Of a DNA stretch of 64,000 bases, positions 9,402 through 24,575 are shown one piece after another (position 1 is the first letter of the stretch; each line of letters begins with the position of its first letter). Below the pieces are notes generated by a model. That model was not told where the DNA came from and made no database searches. It was given only the letters and a program-made list of their open reading frames with translations. A program made the position numbers and the translations under genes. This DNA comes from Pirellulales bacterium. GTDB lineage: Bacteria > Planctomycetota > Planctomycetia > Pirellulales > JAICIG01. Where the stretch lies: NCBI GenBank assembly GCA_040901675.1, contig JBBDYJ010000035.1:128001-192000 (forward strand), in the 5' to 3' direction.

Positions 9402-10703
9402 TCAGCCAAACAGCTCGCTGACCGCCTGGCCTCCGTCGACGATCTTGATCGGGCGGCCGATGGGACTCATGTTCTCTTTCGACGGATCGATGCCCAGGCT
9501 GTGGTAAAACGAGCAGAACAGGTCCTCGGTCGTAACCGGCCGGTCGGCCACTTCGGTGCCCGCCTCGTTGGTCCGGCCGATCGTTCGGCCGCCTTGCACC
9601 CCGCCCCCGGCGAGCGCCACGCTGAATGCCCGCGGATAATGATCGCGGCCTGTGCGCGGATTGATCCTCGGCGTGCGGCCGAATTCGCCCATCCAGATCA
9701 CGAGTGTCTTGTCGAGCATGCCGCGTTGGGCCAGGTCTTCCAGCAGGTACGCGTAGGGCTGGTCCAACCGGGCCGTCAGGCCGCGTGTGCGGTTGAAGTT
9801 GTCGTCGTGCGTGTCCCAGCCGCCCAGGGCGACCTCGACAAAGGTGACACCCGCCTCGACCAAGCGGCGGGCCAGCAGGCAGCCGGCGCCAAAATCGCCT
9901 TCGCCGTAAGCGCCGCGAATGTTTTCCGGCTCGCGGCCGATGTCGAAGGTCTCCATCCGCGGACTGCGGATCATCCGGGCCGCCTTTTTGTAGAGACCGC
10001 GATGCTCGACGATCTCCTGCTCGATGTCGGTTCGCCGGTCGGCCGTCTCCAGCCGCTCCAGCAGGCTGAGCCGCCGCTGGTATCGTGCCGCCTCGGTGGT
10101 CGGCTGGGCGTTGTCCGGCAACCGCGCGGCGTCGGTTACGGCAAACGGGTCCTGGACCGATCCCAAGAGCCCGCCGTCGCCCACGTTGCGAAATTGCCGG
10201 CCGATCCTCACAAAGGCGGGCAGCTCGCCGCCGCCAACCGCCAGCTCGTGGGCCACCACCGAGCCGAGCGTGGGGTAGCGGATGCTGGCCGTCGGCACGT
10301 GGGCCGTGTGCAACAAGAAGCTGGCACGCTGGTGGTTGCCTTCCCGGGTGGTCATCGAGCGGACGATCGCCACCTTGTCCATCATTCCGGCCAGGTGCGG
10401 CAGATTCTCGGCCAGTTCGATGCCCGGCACGGAAGTGGAGATCGCCTTGGTCTCGCCGCCGTTTTCATGCCCCGGTTTGGGGTCGAACGTCTCGAACTGG
10501 CTGGGCCCGCCCTGCATCCAAAGCAGGATGCAGGCCATGCCCCGGCGGCGCAGCTCGTCGGCCCGCAGGCTGACTAAATCGGTCCAGGCGAAACTGCCGG
10601 CAGCCAGGCCCGCCGCGGAAGTTACCCGCAGAAAATCGCGGCGGCCCACGACCCCCTGGCGGCGCACCGCCAGACCGACGTGATGGCGTATCTCTTGGCT
10701 CAT
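9402..10703 (-). CDS. DUF1501 family protein (Tat-exported)
   Basis: RRDFL twin-arginine motif; GGPSQFETFDPKP, LARRLVEAGV, GWDTH, GEFGRTP, GRDH. Confidence 0.93.
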   Translation of the reverse strand: MSQEIRHHVGLAVRRQGVVGRRDFLRVTSAAGLAAGSFAWTDLVSLRADELRRRGMACILLWMQGGPSQFETFDPKPGHENGGETKAISTSVPGIELAENLPHLAGMMDKVAIVRSMTTREGNHQRASFLLHTAHVPTASIRYPTLGSVVAHELAVGGGELPAFVRIGRQFRNVGDGGLLGSVQDPFAVTDAARLPDNAQPTTEAARYQRRLSLLERLETADRRTDIEQEIVEHRGLYKKAARMIRSPRMETFDIGREPENIRGAYGEGDFGAGCLLARRLVEAGVTFVEVALGGWDTHDDNFNRTRGLTARLDQPYAYLLEDLAQRGMLDKTLVIWMGEFGRTPRINPRTGRDHYPRAFSVALAGGGVQGGRTIGRTNEAGTEVADRPVTTEDLFCSFYHSLGIDPSKENMSPIGRPIKIVDGGQAVSELFG

Positions 10704-10756
10704 GGGAGGTTCCTGTCGAGGGGTTTTCTGCTTGTTGAGTTGGTACAGCCCCTTGA

Positions 10757-12418
10757 TCAATGGCGCAGCACGAACTCGGTCCTGTTCAGCAAGGCCCAGA
10801 GGATGTCTTCGAAGGCCTCACCCCTGTCCGGCGCGGTGCGCACGTGAACCAGGCAGGCGGCGAGCTCCTCGTTGCTCGGCTCGCGGGCCAGGCATCGCAG
10901 ATAGAGTTCCAGCACTACTTGCTCGTTATCGCTGGTGGTCTGAAGCACGCGGCCCAGCATGCCGCGGGGATTCCCGGCGTTGATGGCACCGGCGATCATA
11001 CGAGAATTCATCAGCAACAGAGCTTGGGGAATCGAAGCGGCCACTTCGTCCCGCGGATCGCTCGGGTCGTAGCCGAACGTCGCGGCGAACTGCCCCCGCG
11101 GCCCCCCCCGCCCATAGCCACCGGCCATGCGGCCGCGCCGTTGCCCCTCGGGATTCACGCCGAGCGCCGTGGTGAGCACGTCGAACACCTGGTCGCTGCG
11201 CAGCGGCTGAGTGCGGTTGGCCAGAAACGGCGTCTCGTCCGGATTGCGGCGGGGACGGCTCTCGCGCTGATAGGCCTCGCTGGCGGTGATGGCCGCAAAC
11301 AGCCATTTCACGTTATAGCCGCTGGCAATAAACTCGCTGGAGAGGAACTCCATGGTGGCCGGCGCGGAGCAACTCCGGTCGGGACCCAGGTCGTCGATGG
11401 GTTCGTAGAAGCCTTCGCCCACCAGTTCCGCCCAGATGCGGTTGACAAAGGCCCTGGCGAACCAGGGGTTGCTCTCGGCGGTCATCCAATCGGCCAGCGT
11501 CGTGCGGCGGTCGAGGTCGCTGGTGCCGGTCTCGAGCTGTGCTCCGGTCAGGAAAAACGTGGGTGTCATCAGCGTTCCCCGGGCGCTGGGGTCCGCAAGG
11601 TCCGGCATGTGATGTTCCAAGGCGCCTCGCCGATTGCCCGGCCGGCGTCCAGGGCCGCCGCGGTCCCGCGAGGCCACCTCGAAGGTGCGCATCATGCCGT
11701 CGCGGACCGGCCGCAACGCGACCCGTGGGAAGAAGGCGGCCAGCTCGTGAAACTGCTGCCGCTTCCAGCGATCGGTGGGATGGTCGTGGCACTGGGCGCA
11801 CTGGATCTGCACGCCCAGGAAGATCCGCGACGTCTCGGAGGCGACCTCGGCCGTTTCGGCCATCTGGGCCATGATCAGGCCGGTGCTTCCCTGCTCGCGG
11901 ACGTCGCCGGTCGCCTCGACGAACGATCGGGCGATCTCGTCCCATCCAGCGCCCGAGTTGAACTCGTCGCTGAGATAGTCTTCCACGGTGCGGGCGGCCA
12001 GCAGCGCCTGCTCGTTGCTGCGGCGGTAGAAAATAACGTCGCGCCAATAACGGGCCCAGTTGCGGCCGAACGCTTCATCGGCCAGGAGCCGTTCGGCGGC
12101 CCGCCACCGCTTATCGGCCGAGGGGTCGAGCGCAAAGGCGGTCACCTCGCCGGGGGTGGGCAGGCGGCCGGCCAGGTCCAGCGTCAAGCGCCGCAAGAAG
12201 ACCTGGTCGCTCGTCAAAGGCGCCGGCTCGCTGGTCCCCTGGGTGGGGCTGCTGAACACCTCCTCGGCCAGCAAGCCGTCGATCCGCTCCCCTGCCGCAA
12301 TCGCGGCTGCCTGGAGGGAATCCGTTTCCGGGCCGGCCGGCTCCTGGGCTCGGCCTTCGACCAGGAGCAGAATCGACAGGCCGGCGACGGCCATCGCCGC
12401 AATTGACACTTGCCTCAT
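10757..12418 (-). CDS. DUF1549/DUF1553 (PSCyt2/PSD1) planctomycete protein
   Basis: FLRRLTLDLAGRLPT, CAQCHDHP, FVNRIWAELVGEG, QALLLMN, EDILWALLN..EF; upstream of DUF1501 as is usual. Confidence 0.92.
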   Translation of the reverse strand: MRQVSIAAMAVAGLSILLLVEGRAQEPAGPETDSLQAAAIAAGERIDGLLAEEVFSSPTQGTSEPAPLTSDQVFLRRLTLDLAGRLPTPGEVTAFALDPSADKRWRAAERLLADEAFGRNWARYWRDVIFYRRSNEQALLAARTVEDYLSDEFNSGAGWDEIARSFVEATGDVREQGSTGLIMAQMAETAEVASETSRIFLGVQIQCAQCHDHPTDRWKRQQFHELAAFFPRVALRPVRDGMMRTFEVASRDRGGPGRRPGNRRGALEHHMPDLADPSARGTLMTPTFFLTGAQLETGTSDLDRRTTLADWMTAESNPWFARAFVNRIWAELVGEGFYEPIDDLGPDRSCSAPATMEFLSSEFIASGYNVKWLFAAITASEAYQRESRPRRNPDETPFLANRTQPLRSDQVFDVLTTALGVNPEGQRRGRMAGGYGRGGPRGQFAATFGYDPSDPRDEVAASIPQALLLMNSRMIAGAINAGNPRGMLGRVLQTTSDNEQVVLELYLRCLAREPSNEELAACLVHVRTAPDRGEAFEDILWALLNRTEFVLRH

Positions 12419-12635
12419 GGCATGTCCTCGACTGGCGACTTGTGTGCTTCTTTTCGGCCCCGGAGAACGAACGATTGGCCCGCTTGCCGCATCTAACCCC
12501 ACGGAAGGCCTGCAAGTTCCGGCAAGGCCTCCTGGCGGCCGCCCCAGTATAGCACAGGTGCAGGCTGGAAGCTGTAGACTAGGGGGTGGCGCAGGTAGCC
12601 TGAATGGAGCGATACTGCACAAAGGAGCAGGTTTC

Positions 12636-12908
12636 TTGACGATCTCTTCTCGCACTCCGGAAGGCCTGCCGAATCGCTGCCCCATCTGCGGCCGTCGCGT
12701 GATCCTGGAACCGTCGGATCCCGCCTGCGACGCGCCCTGCCCGGACTGCTGTTCTCTGGGGCACGCTGCCACTTTGCGCCAGCCACGCCCGGCATGCGCG
12801 GGACACAGCACTGCTTCTCGCGGACGCCACGGCGTCCGACTCCAAGCAGTGGCACGCGACGGACGATCTCGATCCTCTGCTCCTCTGGCCCTCAGCTCTT
12901 CAGCTTGA
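12636..12908 (+). CDS. Small Zn-ribbon protein beginning (M)TISSRTPEG..CPIC..DAPCPDC, probably disrupted after the second CxxC
   Basis: AAAGGAG at 12621-12627, TTG at 12636, two CxxC motifs; not listed as a separate ORF in the track. Confidence 0.55.
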   Translation: MTISSRTPEGLPNRCPICGRRVILEPSDPACDAPCPDCCSLGHAATLRQPRPACAGHSTASRGRHGVRLQAVARDGRSRSSAPLALSSSA

Positions 12909-13254
12909 TCGGCAGGCGGTCGATCTTGGCGGCGAGAATAAAGTCGTTCTCCGACAGGCCCCCGATGGCGTGCGTCCAAAGCTCGATGGCCACCTTCCGA
13001 TAGCTCTCCAGGTGCAGATCGGGGTGATGGCCTTCGCTCTCGGCCACCTCCGCCACGCGGTTGAAGAAGTCGATTGCGGCCATGAAGTTCTTGGCCAGCC
13101 ACTCCTTGCGGATCCGCTGGCCATCCTCGGTCAGCCGCCAGCCGGGGAGTTTTTCGAGCTGTTCTCTCGCTTCTTCAGGCGTGGAGGGGGGAACTCCGCC
13201 CTCGCACGGGGCGCATTTCTTGGCCACAAGTTGATCGGTCGTCTGGGTCTGCAT
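12892..13254 (-). CDS. phhB: Pterin-4-alpha-carbinolamine dehydratase
   Basis: AESEGHHPDL and WTHAIGGLSENDFILAAKID motifs. Confidence 0.93.
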   Translation of the reverse strand: MQTQTTDQLVAKKCAPCEGGVPPSTPEEAREQLEKLPGWRLTEDGQRIRKEWLAKNFMAAIDFFNRVAEVAESEGHHPDLHLESYRKVAIELWTHAIGGLSENDFILAAKIDRLPIKLKS

Positions 13255-13538
13255 GGGTGGCTCCTTTCCGGGCTCGGTTCATAGCCTCTCTGGCGATTAT
13301 TATTGCCGGGCGCTCAGAAGTTTCAAACTTTCGGATAGGGAGTGTTGATGGAGCAGACTAGCGGGGGCCGCGAGGACTCGCCGAACACGTTTTGGCTGGA
13401 GGACCCCCTCCATTGATCTAGACTCCGCCGGCGGCCGCGCATGCCATCAATCCCCAGATTTTCGGCCGCTGGCCGGCGACAATCAAGGGGCCGGTGGACG
13501 AAGGCAGAAGGACGAAGGCAGAAGGACGCCGAGGCTGT

Positions 13539-13626
13539 CTCTGGGGCACGCTACCGCTTTGCCCCAGCCACCCGACGACCTCTGACCTCTGCATTGGGGC
13601 ACGCTAGCGCTTTGCCCCAGCCACCC
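13539..13626. repeat. Two copies of a REP-like palindrome (TGGGGCACGCTA.CGCTTTGCCCCAGCCACCC) downstream of gltD; third copy at 12754-12786
   Basis: Direct comparison; each copy can fold TGGGGCA/TGCCCCA. Confidence 0.8.
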
Positions 13627-13642
13627 GGCGCCACCCCGAACC

Positions 13643-15128
13643 TCAGCGCCAGGCGAAGTCGCCGGCGTTGACGCTGGGCAGATGGCTCACCCCCATCAGA
13701 TAGCGATCGACGGCCCGGGCCGCCTCGCGCCCCTCGTGGATGGCCCAAACCACCAGCGACTGGCCGCGCCGCATGTCGCCGGCCGCGAAGACGCCGGGCA
13801 CGCTCGACATGTACTGCTCGTCGCACTGGACGTTTCCGCGCGGGTCGAGCGCGAGGCCCAACTCCTCGATGGCCCCCTTCTTTTCCGGCCCCAGAAAGCC
13901 CATCGCCAGCAGGGCCAACTGGCAGGGCCACTCCTGCTGGGTGCCGGGCACCTCCTTGAACGTTTGCCGGCCCGACTCGTCCTGGCTCCACTCAATGGTG
14001 ACGGTGACCAGGCTTCGCACTCGCCCCTGCTCGTCGCCGCGGAACTCCTTGGTCAGCACGCTCCAATGCCGGTTGCAGCCTTCCTCGTGCGAGGAGCTTG
14101 TGCGGAGCATCATCGTCCAATAGGGCCAAGGTGAATGTGTCGGCCGCTCGTCGCGGCGCGGATAGTCGCCCAGATCGGGGGGCATCGCCAACAGCTCGAA
14201 CTGCGTGACCGAGGCCGCCCCTTGCCGGTTCGAGGTGCCGGTGCAGTCGCTGCCGGTGTCGCCGCCGCCGATCACGATCACGTGCTTGCCCTGGGCACAG
14301 ATGGCCACCGAGGACGGGATGGCGTCGCCCTGGTTGCGTTTGTTCTGCTGTGGCAGGAAGTCCATGGCAAAGTGCACGCCCGCCAGGTCGCGCCCCGGGA
14401 TGGGCAGATCGCGCGCCTGCGTGGCGCCGCCGGTTAGGACCAGCGCATCGTACTGGTCACGCAGCTCGGCCACCGGCACGTTGACCCCCACGTTGGCATT
14501 CACGCGGAACAGCACTCCCTCGCCCTCCATCTGCCTGATCCGCCGCCAGACGCGCGACTTTTCCAGCTTGAAATCGGGAATGCCGTACATCAACAGGCCG
14601 CCGGGGCGGTCGTCCCGCTCGAACACGGTGACCTGGTGGCCGGCGCGGTTGAGCTGCTGGGCGGCCGCCAGGCCTGCCGGCCCGCTGCCGACCACCGCCA
14701 CCTTCTTGCCGGTGCGCTCGGCGGGCGGCTCGGGCACGATCCACCCCTCGTCGAAGCCGCGGTCGGCAATTGCCATCTCGATTTCCTTGATGGCAACCGG
14801 GTCTTCATTGATCCCCAGCACGCAGGCCGCCTCGCAGGGAGCGGGACAGACCCGGCCGGTGAACTCGGGGAAGTTGTTGGTGGCGTGCAGGCGGTCGAGG
14901 GCCATCCGCCACTGGCCGCGATAGACCAGGTCGTTCCAGTCGGGGATGATGTTTCCCAGCGGGCAGCCGGTGTGGCAGAAAGGCACGCCGCAATCCATGC
15001 AGCGGGCGCCCTGCTCGCGCAGATCGGACTCGTCGAGGACCTTGAGGAACTCGTTGTAGTGCTTGATCCGCTGGTCCGCAGGCTCGTTCTCATGGTGCCG
15101 GCGGGGATACTGCATAAAGCCGCGCACG

Positions 15129-15136
<8 letters not shown>
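13643..15136 (-). CDS. gltD: Glutamate synthase small subunit
   Basis: [59 protein letters not shown]. Confidence 0.97.
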
Positions 15137-19826
<4,690 letters not shown>

Positions 19827-19830
19827 GGCT

Positions 19831-20838
19831 TCACCGTCCATTTTGAGTTGCAATCGCCTGACCCACCGCGCAGGCCTGGCCGTTCTGACCGGCGGGCGTG
19901 CCGGCGGACGGCTTGCCCGGCAATGCCGGCTCGGCACGCTGACGGATCTTGCGCCCTTCACGCTGCAACAACTCGATAAACCGCTGCGCGGTGCTGGAAA
20001 GCTCTTTGCCCCGGCGGTGGATGATGCCCAGCGGGCGGACCAGGTCGTCGCAGTCCAAGGGCACGGCCGACAAGCTGCCCGACTGGACCTCGTGAACCAC
20101 CGTGGGTGCCGGCAGCAGGCCCACGCCGGCATCGATCTCGATGGCCCGCTTGATCGTCTCGATATTGTCGAACTCCATCACCACCTCCACCTCGGCGCCG
20201 TGCAGCGACAGCACCCGGTCGATCTCCCGGCGGATGGTCAGCTCGCCGTCGAAGCCTACCAGCTTCCGGCCATCCAGTTCGGCCAGCGAAATGCTGGAGC
20301 GGCCCGCCAGCGCATGCCCAGGCGCGCAGACCAGCACCATCGGCTCTTCACGCCACCGGATCGCTTCCACCGTTCTGGAGCTCTTGGGGTAGCTGACCAG
20401 GCCGATGTCGGCCAGGTCGTCCTCCACGCTCTGGTAGACGCGGTTGGGGTGCAAGTACTCCAGCCGCACGTTGGCCTTGGGGTGCTGGCTGAGAAAATCC
20501 TGCAGGTGCTGGTTCATATTGTGCAGCCCGACCGAATAGATCGAGGCCACGCGAACCCGGCCGGCCACCTCCTGGTGCAGTGTGCGGACCTGATCTTCAA
20601 TGGCGAAGTACCGTTCCACCACCCCCCGGCATCCCTCGTAGTACACCTCTCCCTCGGGGGTCAGCACGAAGGGCCGCTTCGAGCGGTCGATGAGCTTCAC
20701 GCCCAGGCCTTCCTCGAGCTGCTGCACCACCTGGCTGGCACCCGACTGCGAGATATCGTTTTCGTCGGCCGCCCGCGAAAAGCTCCGCTGGCGCACGACG
20801 TCGCAAAACACCTTGAGGCTTTTGAGATGAACGGCCAT
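19831..20838 (-). CDS. LysR-family transcriptional regulator
   Basis: N-terminal HTH SFSRAA...SQSGASQ...[10 protein letters not shown]; substrate-binding domain; ends 4 bp before the gltB start. Confidence 0.95.
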   Translation of the reverse strand: MAVHLKSLKVFCDVVRQRSFSRAADENDISQSGASQVVQQLEEGLGVKLIDRSKRPFVLTPEGEVYYEGCRGVVERYFAIEDQVRTLHQEVAGRVRVASIYSVGLHNMNQHLQDFLSQHPKANVRLEYLHPNRVYQSVEDDLADIGLVSYPKSSRTVEAIRWREEPMVLVCAPGHALAGRSSISLAELDGRKLVGFDGELTIRREIDRVLSLHGAEVEVVMEFDNIETIKRAIEIDAGVGLLPAPTVVHEVQSGSLSAVPLDCDDLVRPLGIIHRRGKELSSTAQRFIELLQREGRKIRQRAEPALPGKPSAGTPAGQNGQACAVGQAIATQNGR

Positions 20839-20937
20839 GGACGAGATTACTGTTTCGAATAAAGCGAAGTGATAGTATTCAGACTGGCCATGATAGGGTA
20901 TTGCCTGGACCCCGGCCAGTCAAGCACTTTTTACACG

Positions 20938-21038
20938 AACCCGACGCGCCAGCGAGGTCAGCCGGCCCCCCCGGCCGGGGATGCCCCTGGGGGCTCCCAC
21001 TACCGCTGGAGCAAGCCTCTCACTGGCGCGGTCGGGTT
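20938..21038. repeat. Inverted REP pair (AACCCGACGCGCCAGCGAGG ... CCTCTCACTGGCGCGGTCGGGTT)
   Basis: Imperfect inverted repeat flanking a spacer of about 60 bp. Confidence 0.65.
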
Positions 21039-21327
21039 AGAGCGGGGGGATGGACACTGCTTCTCGGCAGCCGGCCACGCCGGCAGCCTCCAAGCAGAGA
21101 CACAAGAGGGGCCCCAAGGGACTGGACGGCATACGGGAGTATGCCTACTACGGACCCCATAAATGGGGTCACTACGAACCCCGAGCAGCGCAAAAAAAGC
21201 GACCCCGGGGCGAAGGGCGCGAGAACTTTCGACCCCCGGGGCCGCAAATCAGAGCGTACTATTGGCCTTCGATGCGTGGCTGCTTCTGCATGTCCTGGTT
21301 GCTAGAGGTGCTAGCTCCGCAGTCGTC

Positions 21328-21768
21328 CTACCGGCCAATCCACAACGAGAAGCCTCGCCGGTGCCCACCGACGCCGTAGCTGGGGTAGCTGTAACGGTAT
21401 CGCGACGAACCGTAGCGCGAGTAACCGTAGCGGGGGTAGCCGTGAGAATAACTGGAATAGCCATACTGCGGCGCGCTGTAATAACGCCCGCGGTGGTAGG
21501 CCCGGTGGTCCAACTGATCGTGGAACGCGTGGTGGTCTAGGTGGTCGTGCAGCCGCTCGTGCTGGTACCAGCCCATCGGATAGCGATGTGCGTCACGGTG
21601 CTCCAGTTCGCGATGGAACGCCCGGTGGTCCAAATGGTCGTGGAAGGCGCCGTGATGCGGGTCGTGGAAGCCGCCTCCGTGCCGATACTGGTAATGCTGT
21701 CCCCAGGCCGTTTGGCCGAACCAACCGACCGCCCCCAATCCGATCAGGCTCGCGATCACAAGCTTCAT
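21328..21768 (-). CDS. Secreted His/Tyr/Gly-rich low-complexity protein
   Basis: AAGGAG RBS; signal peptide MKLVIASLIGLGAVGWFGQTAWG; repeats HDHLDH..FH; YGYS-rich tail. Confidence 0.8.
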   Translation of the reverse strand: MKLVIASLIGLGAVGWFGQTAWGQHYQYRHGGGFHDPHHGAFHDHLDHRAFHRELEHRDAHRYPMGWYQHERLHDHLDHHAFHDQLDHRAYHRGRYYSAPQYGYSSYSHGYPRYGYSRYGSSRYRYSYPSYGVGGHRRGFSLWIGR

Positions 21769-22021
21769 GGCTGGACTCCTTGTGGCTGTGGGGTTCGCTG
21801 GGTCCTGGACCCCACCCGGTCGAAACCGACTACCACCATGAGCGATTCGCGTGCCGCCAGAGGGGGGCGCGCTGCTCGCAACGAGGAAACGGCCATTTTC
21901 CGGCCGAAAACCGCCGGGAAGGGTCGTGATCGCGGAGCAACCTGGCAAGCGCAGGCTCAGCCGGCGTCGTCAAATCGACGGCAGTGGTTGTCGGTTTGAC
22001 TTCCGCCGGCGGGTGCGCGAA

Positions 22022-23689
22022 TCAGCTTTCGTCGGCGGCCCCGCTGGCCTTCGATGCGGTCCGGGCGCCGTTGCCTGCCTTCGGATCGCCTGGCTTTGAA
22101 TCGGCTGCCTTCGAGTCCCCGCTGCCCGGCTTCGGATCCGGGTTACTCAACTTCACCAGCGACTCGGGGATCTCCACCCCGCCGATATCCTTGAGCACCT
22201 GCATCATGGGGGGCAGCGTGCGGGCCATCCCCTGCAGGAAGTTGGCCGTGTTGGTCGTCCCGTTCTGGCCGCCGTTCTCCCAGACCACCACCTTGTCGAA
22301 CTTGATGTTCGAGATGGCCTGGGCCGAGGCCCTGGTCAGGTCGTCGAGGTGCTCCAGCATCAGCAGTTGGAAGGCGTCCTTGGCGCTGCCGCAGGCGGAG
22401 ATGATCTCCCGCAGGCCTTCACCCTTCTTGGCCAGGATTTCGTATTGGCCGCGGGCTTCGGCTTCCAGCCTGGCGAAGATGGCCTTGGCATCGCCTTCCG
22501 CCTCGATCCTCCGCTTTTCGGCCTCGGCGTCGGCTTGCACCAGCACCCGGGCCCGCTCGGCCTTGGCGGGAGCTTCCAAGGCGGCCCGCTTCTCGGCCTC
22601 GATCCGCTCGGCCTCGGCCAGGGCCGCCTTGGCCATCGCCCGGTTCTGAGCTTCGAGCACGGCGGCCTCGGCTTCGCGTTTGCGCGTCTCGCCCAGGGCG
22701 TAGGCGTCGGCCTTCTTGACCAGCAGCGTGGCCTGCGAGGCGGCGATTTCGGCTTGCGACTGGTTCTCGCCGGTCACCGCCTTGGCGTTGGCGTCGGCCA
22801 GGCGGATGCGCATCTGGCGCTCGGCGTCCTTGACCTGGGCCTCGCGCTCGAAGGCCGCCGTCTGCTCGCCGATGGTCTGCTCCTTCTCCAGCTCCGCCAC
22901 CCGTACGGCCTGCTCGCGCTGGGCCTGGCGGGTGCCGATCTCGCGGAGCTTGGTGGCCGCGGCCACCTGGATGAACTTGTCGCGTTCGGCTTCCGCCACG
23001 CGGGTCTCGCCCATCTTTACGTTTTCGGCCACGTCGCCGCGGGCCTGCTGGATCGCCAGCGAGGCGGCTTTCTGGCCGATGGCGTCGATGTAGCCCGACT
23101 CGTCGGTGATGTCGGTGATGTTGACGTTGATCAGCACGAGGCCGACCTTCTTCAGTTCCGGTTCCAGCGACTTCTGGATGTGTTCCAGAAAGGTTTCGCG
23201 GTCGCGGTTGATGTCCTCGATGCGCATCGAAGCGATCACCTGGCGCAACTGGCCGAAGATGATTTCCTCGGCCTGCTTCTTGATTTCGGTGGTATTCAGG
23301 CCCAGCAAGCGGATGGCTGCATTGCCCATCACGTCCGGGTTCGTGCCGATGGCCACGGTAAACACGCTGGGCACGTTGACGCGGATATTCTCCATCGATA
23401 GCGCGCCGCGCAGCGGGATTTCGATCTGGATCGGCTCCAGGCTCAGCCAGGCGTAGTCCTGAAACACAGGCCAGACCATCGCGGCGCCACCGTGGATGCA
23501 CTTGGAGGCGTCGCCGCTGGTGCCTGCCTTGCCGTAGATGACCAGCACCCGGTTGCTGGGGCAGCGCTTGTAGCGGGTCAGCAAGGGCAGGAACAGCAGA
23601 AAGAACACGGCCACAACGCACAGCGCGATCACGCCCAGCCAGAAGAGTGCACCGCCCGGCAACTGCGCAAGAAGCGTGGAGCTAAGCAT
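22022..23689 (-). CDS. Flotillin / SPFH (band 7) family protein
   Basis: N-terminal TM, RYKRCPSNRVLVIYGK, SPFH domain, long EA-rich coiled coil. Confidence 0.93.
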   Translation of the reverse strand: MLSSTLLAQLPGGALFWLGVIALCVVAVFFLLFLPLLTRYKRCPSNRVLVIYGKAGTSGDASKCIHGGAAMVWPVFQDYAWLSLEPIQIEIPLRGALSMENIRVNVPSVFTVAIGTNPDVMGNAAIRLLGLNTTEIKKQAEEIIFGQLRQVIASMRIEDINRDRETFLEHIQKSLEPELKKVGLVLINVNITDITDESGYIDAIGQKAASLAIQQARGDVAENVKMGETRVAEAERDKFIQVAAATKLREIGTRQAQREQAVRVAELEKEQTIGEQTAAFEREAQVKDAERQMRIRLADANAKAVTGENQSQAEIAASQATLLVKKADAYALGETRKREAEAAVLEAQNRAMAKAALAEAERIEAEKRAALEAPAKAERARVLVQADAEAEKRRIEAEGDAKAIFARLEAEARGQYEILAKKGEGLREIISACGSAKDAFQLLMLEHLDDLTRASAQAISNIKFDKVVVWENGGQNGTTNTANFLQGMARTLPPMMQVLKDIGGVEIPESLVKLSNPDPKPGSGDSKAADSKPGDPKAGNGARTASKASGAADES

Positions 23690-24296
23690 GGGAAATCCTT
23701 TGAGGCTCCGGCACCAGTTCGACTTCGACGGTGCTCGGCCCGATTACATTGACCACAACGACGCGGGCCCCAACCGGCAGCGGCTCCTGCGACGTCATTG
23801 CTTCGTATTCCATCGTGCGGTTCTGCAAGTTCAAGTGCACTTTGCCCGCTCCGGCTTTCTGGCCGGGGATCCTCAAGTACACGGTTCCGGCCTGGCCCAC
23901 GGCGCGCTCGATCCGTGCTGTGCCGTCGGCCCTGAGCTTGTGGAGCACCTGCATCATCCAATGAATCATGTACATGGCGCCGGCGCCGGCGGCCAGTGCG
24001 ACCACGAGCGTCAGCTCGTTAGGCAATTCGGCTGAAGTGCCGGCCAGTCCGGCCAGGCCAAAAAAAGTCACCGCCGCCATGAGCGTCCGGAAAGTGAGCA
24101 TGCCCACGAACCACGACGGACCGTGATGGCCGGCGTGCCCTGCGTCCCCGCCATCCGCGACATCGGCGCCGTCGGCGGACAGATCGTCGGGCAGGTCGAT
24201 GTCCGACAGTCCCAATATGGTCATCAGGACTTGGCAAGCGAGCACGGTGCCGCCGATCACCGCGCAAACGCTATAAACAATGGTGATGAATGTCAT
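23682..24296 (-). CDS. NfeD-like (OB-fold) membrane protein, flotillin partner
   Basis: Hydrophobic segments then G..GTVYLRIP....GKV...EYEAMT..LPVGARVVV; overlaps the flotillin start. Confidence 0.85.
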   Translation of the reverse strand: MTFITIVYSVCAVIGGTVLACQVLMTILGLSDIDLPDDLSADGADVADGGDAGHAGHHGPSWFVGMLTFRTLMAAVTFFGLAGLAGTSAELPNELTLVVALAAGAGAMYMIHWMMQVLHKLRADGTARIERAVGQAGTVYLRIPGQKAGAGKVHLNLQNRTMEYEAMTSQEPLPVGARVVVVNVIGPSTVEVELVPEPQRISHA

Positions 24297-24575
24297 GGCC
24301 CTGGCTCCGAAAGACCTGTCGCTCCGAAAGAACGGTGACCTCCGCGAGAACGGAGACGTTGTCCGATTGGATTTCGCCGCCCGCAGGGCAATCTTGCCGA
24401 AAAGAGCCCGCGGCCGCGGTTCATCATCGGGGAGCCGTAAGTCGTTGTCAAATTCGGTCCGGCCATTATTCAACCACCTTCCGGTCAACTGTAGGTTAAA
24501 GTTACGGCCAAAGGTGGACTTTTCGCTACGTGCCCCAACCGAACCACCGCTCTCGACAATCCGACGGCAATCCCA

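Noticed and set aside
13496..13626. Repeats that might be a mini CRISPR array
   Set aside because: Only two palindromic copies plus a dispersed third; no regular spacers and no cas genes; better explained as REPs.
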